From contig CAXXHO010000003.1 of assembly GCA_963667725.2 (NCBI GenBank), forward strand, positions 1,888,001 to 1,952,000: DNA of 64,000 nucleotides. Direction: 5' to 3'. This stretch comes from Treponemataceae bacterium. Lineage in GTDB: Bacteria; Spirochaetota; Spirochaetia; Treponematales; Rectinemataceae. The position numbers and the translations under genes were made by a program. Below, one piece after another: positions 59,121 to 64,000 of this stretch (position 1 is the stretch's first letter; each line of letters opens with the position of its first letter). The notes under the pieces were generated by a model. The model was not told the origin of the DNA and made no database searches. It saw nothing but the letters and a program-made list of their open reading frames with translations.

Positions 59121-59819
59121 ATGGAAAAGAAAAGAGAAGAGCTCGTAAGAAAAGTTTTAGACATGATACAGGATCCCCAGGGTTTCCAGGACGGGAAGCT
59201 GCCGCCAGAGCGAGAGCTCGCCCTCCAGCTGGGCATAAGCCGCAACCTCCTGCGCGAGGTGATCATCACCCTCGAAGCCATGGGCTATATTTCCATACGG
59301 GAACGGCAGGGAGCCTTCATCGTCAAGCCCAACCCTGACGATTTTACCGCCAGCCTCAAGCTGGCCTCCTTCTGGCCCGACGACATGCTCATCAACGTCA
59401 TGGAGATGCGCCTCATCATCGAACCGCCCATCGCCGGCCTCGCCGCCCTCAGACGAAGCGAGGAAGAACTCGCGAAAATGAAGGAGTGCGTCGCCAAACT
59501 CGTCGCCATGCACGCGAGCCCCAGCCATGGCGCCTCGAGCGGAGGCCAGTGGGATTCGATGCTCCACATGCTGATCGTCCAGGCGGCGCGCAATCCCCTT
59601 CTCGCCCGCCTTTACGAAGGCCTGTCTTCCACGATGGACCAGTATATCGTCCTCAGCCGCGTCAAGCTGCTCGCCCTGCCCCAATGGCCGCAGAAAATCA
59701 TCGAGGAACATTCAGCCCTCGTCGCGGCCATCGAGGCCAAGGACGAGACTGCCGCCAGGGAGGCGCAGAGCAGGCATCTGGGAAGCGCCCTCGCCATGCT
59801 CAAGGAAATCTCGAAATGA
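59121..59819 (+). CDS. GntR/FadR-family regulator
   Basis: KLPPERELA, SRNLLRE, FCD domain NPLL..EH..HL; alternative ATG at 59103. Confidence 0.92.
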   Translation: MEKKREELVRKVLDMIQDPQGFQDGKLPPERELALQLGISRNLLREVIITLEAMGYISIRERQGAFIVKPNPDDFTASLKLASFWPDDMLINVMEMRLIIEPPIAGLAALRRSEEELAKMKECVAKLVAMHASPSHGASSGGQWDSMLHMLIVQAARNPLLARLYEGLSSTMDQYIVLSRVKLLALPQWPQKIIEEHSALVAAIEAKDETAAREAQSRHLGSALAMLKEISK

Positions 59820-60232
59820 ATGTGGATCTCATAGCGGCTTCCATAGAAGCATCGATCGAGGTGGATTTCTCCAGGGCTGGAGGTCCGGGCGGGCAGAACG
59901 TCAACAAAGTAAACACGAAAGTGACCGCGAGGCTCGCTATCGACGCGATACAGGGCCTGAACGCCGCCGAACGGCGCATCATGGCCTCGAAACTCGCTAA
60001 CCGCATCACCACCGAGGGCTTTCTCACCATCCAGGTAAGCGATGAGCGCACCCAGGGCGCCAACAGGCAGATAGCCTTCGAAAGGCTCCTCTCCCTCATC
60101 GTCGCCGCGGCGAAGCGCGATCCGCCCCGAATCCCCACAAAACCCGGCCGCGCCGCCCGCGAACGGCGCATGGCTTCCAAAAAAGTCCGCGGCCGCACGA
60201 AACAGGACAGGCGCGGCCCCCTCGCCGACTGA
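59816..60232 (+). CDS. arfB: Alternative ribosome rescue peptidyl-tRNA hydrolase
   Basis: SRAGGPGGQNVNKVNTKV, RTQ..N, basic tail RIPTKP. Confidence 0.93.
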   Translation: MNVDLIAASIEASIEVDFSRAGGPGGQNVNKVNTKVTARLAIDAIQGLNAAERRIMASKLANRITTEGFLTIQVSDERTQGANRQIAFERLLSLIVAAAKRDPPRIPTKPGRAARERRMASKKVRGRTKQDRRGPLAD

Positions 60233-60233
60233 A

Positions 60234-60270
60234 AAGTTAAAAAATGGGGTCAGACCCCATTTTTTAACTT
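60234..60270. repeat. Perfect 37-bp palindrome (bidirectional terminator or REP-like element)
   Basis: AAGTTAAAAAATGGGGTC-A-GACCCCATTTTTTAACTT between convergent arfB and bcp. Confidence 0.8.
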
Positions 60271-60733
60271 AAAGCCCTTCCAGGATCTTCGCGGCGTGGC
60301 CTGCGGGCGTCACCTTCGGGAAGACCTTCGCCACGATGCCGTCGCCGCCGATCACGAAGGTGGAGCGGATCACTCCCAGCACCTTCTTGCCGTACATCAT
60401 CTTCTCGCCCCAGGCGCCATATGCCGCAAGGACCTTTTTCTCCGGATCGGAGAGGAGGATGAAAGGAAGCTCGTATTTTTTCCTGAACTTCGCGTGGGCG
60501 GCAGGCGAATCCGGACTCACGCCTACGACACGAATGCCTCGCTTCGCGAATTCGCCATAATTGTCGCGGAAGGAACAAGCTTCCACCGTGCATCCGGGCG
60601 TATCGTCGCGGGGATAGAAATACAGGATAAAACCGGGCGATCCGGAACCGCCGCACAGCTCGCCGAGGGTCCAGATCCTGCCCTCCGAATCCGACAGGGA
60701 AAAATCGGGCGCCTTCATGCCTTTTTCGATCAT
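60269..60733 (-). CDS. bcp: BCP/PrxQ peroxiredoxin
   Basis: YFYPRDDTPGCTVEACSFRD, GVSPDS, RSTFVI. Confidence 0.94.
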   Translation of the reverse strand: MIEKGMKAPDFSLSDSEGRIWTLGELCGGSGSPGFILYFYPRDDTPGCTVEACSFRDNYGEFAKRGIRVVGVSPDSPAAHAKFRKKYELPFILLSDPEKKVLAAYGAWGEKMMYGKKVLGVIRSTFVIGGDGIVAKVFPKVTPAGHAAKILEGL

Positions 60734-60840
60734 GCCGAGCCTCCGTGTGTTCCATACTACCGTTCAGTCCGTGCGCCGGCAATGTGATGTGCGAGCATGG
60801 CAGAATAATTGCCATTAACGCGACAGGCTTATATAGAAAT

Positions 60841-60877
60841 TCTTGACAATCCGCAATACAATTGCATATTATCAAGA
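60841..60877 (+). promoter_or_regulatory. Promoter with nested palindromes
   Basis: TTGACA(60843)-N18-TATTAT; GCAAT-ACA-ATTGC inside TCTTGA...TCAAGA. Confidence 0.6.
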
Positions 60878-60879
60878 AT

Positions 60880-62127
60880 ATGAAGGAATCAACATCGCAC
60901 AAATCGTCCGTCATTGACGCAAAGACGAATCTCATCCCCCGCACACAGGAAAGAGAACTGCGCCGCAAAGTGGAAGAACGCCCCTGTATCCTTGTCACCG
61001 GAGCTCGCCAGACGGGAAAAACGACCCTTCTTCGGTCTTCATTCCCCGGTATTGAATATGTTTCATTCGACAGCATACTCCAGGCAGCCTCGGCATCCGA
61101 ATCCCCAGAAGCTTTTTTGCAGCGGTTTACCAAGTCGGTAATATTCGATGAAATCCAATATGCCTCCCCTCTTTTCCGCGCGCTTAAAGCCAGTATCGAT
61201 GCCGATAGGGACATGAAAGGCCAATACTTGCTCACGGGAAGCCAAACATTCGAGCTTATGAAGGGAGTGTCCGACAGTCTGGCCGGAAGAATCGGCATCA
61301 TGAGGCTGGAAACACTCTCGGCGCGTGAAATTGCCGATTCGGGCCGCTTCGACCGCGAGGCTCTGCTCCAGACACCTTTCCGCGGCGGATATCCCGAGCT
61401 ATGGCGAAGCCCCGACATCGATGCCGGTTCCTGGTTCGAAGATTATATACGTACCTATATCGAGCGCGATCTCAAGGAACTTGTGCAGGTCAGGGATCTT
61501 GTCGAATTCCGCCGATTTCTATCCGCCGCGGCTAATCGAGCAGGGCAACTCGTCAACTTCACGGATCTAGGCAGATCCTGCGGGGTTAGTCCGAATACGG
61601 CAAAAGCCTGGACAGCCGCGTTGGAGACATCAGGTATCATGTACGTCTTGCCGCCATGGTTCACGAATGCGGAAACTCGCCTCATCAAGTCGCCCAAACT
61701 ATATTTCGCCGATACAGGACTTCTCTGTGCCCTCTTGAATATCGAACATGCCGAAGATTTTGAAAAATCTTCTTCATCCGGAGCCATATGGGAAAACTTC
61801 GTATTCATAGAGTTGGTTAAAACTGGAGGCTGGATACCGGGACGAACGCTTTTTTTCTATAGGGACCACAGTGGCAATGAAGTGGATTTTGTTGGGTTTT
61901 CCGTCAATAGGCGAATTCTTGTTGAGGCCAAGTTTTCGCAACGAATCAGGCCTGAACTGCTTGGCTTTTCAGCGATAAGTCTTTCGGGAGTCGATGGCGC
62001 CAGCTTCGAGGAGGCCAAGAAAAACAAACCGGCTTGTTTTGTCGCCGCCCCGACAGCCGAGGCCGCGTTCCTGTCGATGAAAGACTTCACTCTTTACGAC
62101 CCCCGAATGGGATTGGTTCCCAATTAA
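60880..62127 (+). CDS. AAA_14 ATPase + DUF4143 with C-terminal PD-(D/E)xK-like motif
   Basis: GARQTGKT, FDEIQ, LTGS, SLAGR, GGYP, KSPKLYFADTGL, EVDF..VEAK. Confidence 0.9.
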   Translation: MKESTSHKSSVIDAKTNLIPRTQERELRRKVEERPCILVTGARQTGKTTLLRSSFPGIEYVSFDSILQAASASESPEAFLQRFTKSVIFDEIQYASPLFRALKASIDADRDMKGQYLLTGSQTFELMKGVSDSLAGRIGIMRLETLSAREIADSGRFDREALLQTPFRGGYPELWRSPDIDAGSWFEDYIRTYIERDLKELVQVRDLVEFRRFLSAAANRAGQLVNFTDLGRSCGVSPNTAKAWTAALETSGIMYVLPPWFTNAETRLIKSPKLYFADTGLLCALLNIEHAEDFEKSSSSGAIWENFVFIELVKTGGWIPGRTLFFYRDHSGNEVDFVGFSVNRRILVEAKFSQRIRPELLGFSAISLSGVDGASFEEAKKNKPACFVAAPTAEAAFLSMKDFTLYDPRMGLVPN

Positions 62128-62526
62128 TGGACAGCGATATCCTCTCGAGAAAACTTTAATTTATCGCGTTTTATCCGCCTGCCGATATTCACTGCAGGAA
62201 TAAAAAAATATGGGGCATCACTGTCTCCGCTATCGCTTCCAGATTCGAAATCTGCATAAGGCAAGCCAAGCGAGACATCGAATATATGAGAGACCAGCTG
62301 GACGCGCCCATCGTCTGGGCGGCAGACCACCGCCGGTACGAATATACTTCTTCCTGGGATAGCCTGCGATCTGCCGACGAAAAATCCTTTCTCGCCTTGC
62401 TATAAAAGTTTTCTCCACACCTGATACGACCAAAGCGGCAAAGGATTTTTCTGATTACAGGGTCGCCCTCGATAGCGTCGAATTGAAAGAGTTAAATCCA
62501 TAGTACCTGTAGTGTAAAGAAACCCC

Positions 62527-62578
62527 TTGACCGCCAATATAGTTGGCGTTTATCATGACAAACGCCAACTATATTGGC
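62527..62578 (+). promoter_or_regulatory. Promoter overlapped by a 19-8-19 inverted repeat
   Basis: TTGACC-N18-TATCAT; GCCAATATAGTTGGCGTTT-ATCATGAC-AAACGCCAACTATATTGGC. Confidence 0.75.
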
Positions 62579-62609
62579 ATTTATCATAACCGTTTGAATG
62601 GAGGGCGAT

Positions 62610-63785
62610 ATGAGCAACGGCTATCGGAAGAGGGCCTTGGACCTGAGCTCAACACTTGCCCAAAGATCGGCATTCTTTTTCGGTCCTCGCCAGACGGGAA
62701 AGTCATCCTATGTCCGAGAGCAGCTCGGCTCGCTGCCCGCGGCAAGCTTCAATCTTTTGGATGCTGGCTTGCGCTTGCGGCTCTTGGCTGATCCGACGCT
62801 CATGCGTCAGGAGATAGAGGCGCGACAGCTTCGGGATTGCGTCGTATTCATCGACGAGATCCAGAAGTGTCCGGAACTTCTCGACGAAGTACAGCTTCTG
62901 ATCGAGGAGAGAGGCATACGTTTTCTCCTTTCGGGCTCGAGCGCGCGAAAACTGAAACGGGCGGGTACGAACTTACTAGGCGGGCGGGCGCGGACGAAAC
63001 ACCTCCACCCCTTCGTCTACCCCGAGGTGTCAGGAGACGAGGATCTTCTCGACAGGGTCATGGCGCGGGGTTTGTTGCCTCCCCATTACCTGTCGGAGGC
63101 ACCGGATGAGGACCTGCGATCGTACGTGGACACTTATCTGTCGGAGGAAATCGCGGCGGAGGGGCAAGCGCGGAACTTGCCAGCCTTTGCCCGTTTTCTG
63201 CAAACCGCGGCGACACTCAACGCGAAGATGATCAACTACACGAACGTCGCAAACGACGCTCAAGTTCCGCGGCAGACAGTCCGTCTTTGGTTCCAGATCC
63301 TCGTCGATACGATGCTGGGCTACGAACTCCCGTCATATACATCCACGGTGAAACGAAAATCGGTGAAGACCGCGAAGTTCTATTTCTTCGATACGGGGAT
63401 CGTGCGGACGCTGCGAAGGCTCCCCTCCATCCTTCCCGAAAGCGCCGACTTCGGGGAGTTCTTTGAACAGTACATCTTCATGGAGCTGCGGGCTTGGATC
63501 GATTATCGGAAGCCAGAGGAGCGACTCACTTATTGGCGCTCGCTTTCAGGGTACGAAGTCGACTTTCTTCTAGGCGAGGCGGTGGCGATAGAAGTAAAGT
63601 CTACGACCCTCGCCCAGGAGAAACATCTTTCGGGTCTTCGGGCTCTACGAGACGAGGGCAAATTCAAACGCTTCATCCTCGTGTGCAGAGATGAGCGCCC
63701 CCGGAAGCGCGACGGCATCGAGATACTGCCCTGGCGGGAATTTCTTGGCCGGCTCTGGGCAAACGAGTTTTCCCAAAGAGGATAA
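62610..63785 (+). CDS. AAA_14 ATPase + DUF4143 with C-terminal PD-(D/E)xK-like motif
   Basis: GPRQTGKS, IDEIQK, GSSARKL, NLLGGRA, KFYFFDTG, EVDF..AIEVK. Confidence 0.9.
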   Translation: MSNGYRKRALDLSSTLAQRSAFFFGPRQTGKSSYVREQLGSLPAASFNLLDAGLRLRLLADPTLMRQEIEARQLRDCVVFIDEIQKCPELLDEVQLLIEERGIRFLLSGSSARKLKRAGTNLLGGRARTKHLHPFVYPEVSGDEDLLDRVMARGLLPPHYLSEAPDEDLRSYVDTYLSEEIAAEGQARNLPAFARFLQTAATLNAKMINYTNVANDAQVPRQTVRLWFQILVDTMLGYELPSYTSTVKRKSVKTAKFYFFDTGIVRTLRRLPSILPESADFGEFFEQYIFMELRAWIDYRKPEERLTYWRSLSGYEVDFLLGEAVAIEVKSTTLAQEKHLSGLRALRDEGKFKRFILVCRDERPRKRDGIEILPWREFLGRLWANEFSQRG

Positions 63786-63879
63786 CCTTGTGCAACGAAT
63801 ACGACCTTATTCCGATCTCCGCGCTCCAGCAAGTTCACTTCTACGACCGACGCCATCGCCGAGTGCTGTCAGTTCAAGA

Positions 63880-64000
63880 TCAACTCTTCTTTATCGGAAA
63901 GTAGATCACCGTCTCTAGCTTATCGGGAGGCGTGTCCTCGGGGGAATTGAGATATTCCTCGAACATGAAGGTTTCCATCTGGGCGCCTTTTTCCTTTACG
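63880..64000 (-). CDS. 3' end of a GyrI-like small-molecule-binding domain protein (runs off window)
   Basis: Manual translation ...VKEKGAQMETFMFEEYLNSPEDTPPDKLETVIYFPIKKS*. Confidence 0.65.
   Translation of the reverse strand, partial: VKEKGAQMETFMFEEYLNSPEDTPPDKLETVIYFPIKKS

Noticed and set aside
1..64000. rRNA, tRNA, CRISPR array, IS, integrase or prophage
   Set aside because: None recognised; intergenic gaps are short and lack such patterns, though small ncRNAs could be missed by eye

Overview
A 64 kb gene-dense bacterial window, GC-rich overall. Most solute-binding proteins have signal peptides ending 'xFA/SA-Q' with no lipobox, which suggests an anaerobic spirochaete (inference). Left to right: a 5'-truncated DUF4015 glycoside hydrolase and a frameshifted membrane metallophosphoesterase; a TRAP/gluconokinase/dehydrogenase/aldolase/RpiR sugar-acid operon; a pectin-oligomer locus (IclR, kduI, kduD, yhcH-like, kdgK, CE8, GH28, a LacI-sensor/pseudokinase/AraC hybrid regulator, ABC transporter, GH105); a five-gene ArsR-DsrE2-TusA-DsrM-like-DsrK-like sulfur relay/redox operon with a perfect operator; a LacI-controlled TRAP/SIS/aldolase/IolO-like/TPI-like/LarA-homologue operon; a DUF72-like/inactive Y-family polymerase/DnaE2 mutagenesis cassette; a ~10 kb lower-GC block of two convergent operons sharing a near-identical promoter/operator (PatB, OCD/TynB-like, Opp, creatininase, RidA, YheO); a FadR/TRAP/IlvD operon; arfB, bcp; two AAA_14-DUF4143 ATPase-nuclease genes with palindromic promoters; and the 3' end of a GyrI-like gene. 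No rRNA, tRNA, CRISPR array, transposase or integrase was recognised. All calls come from motif reading, without database searches.
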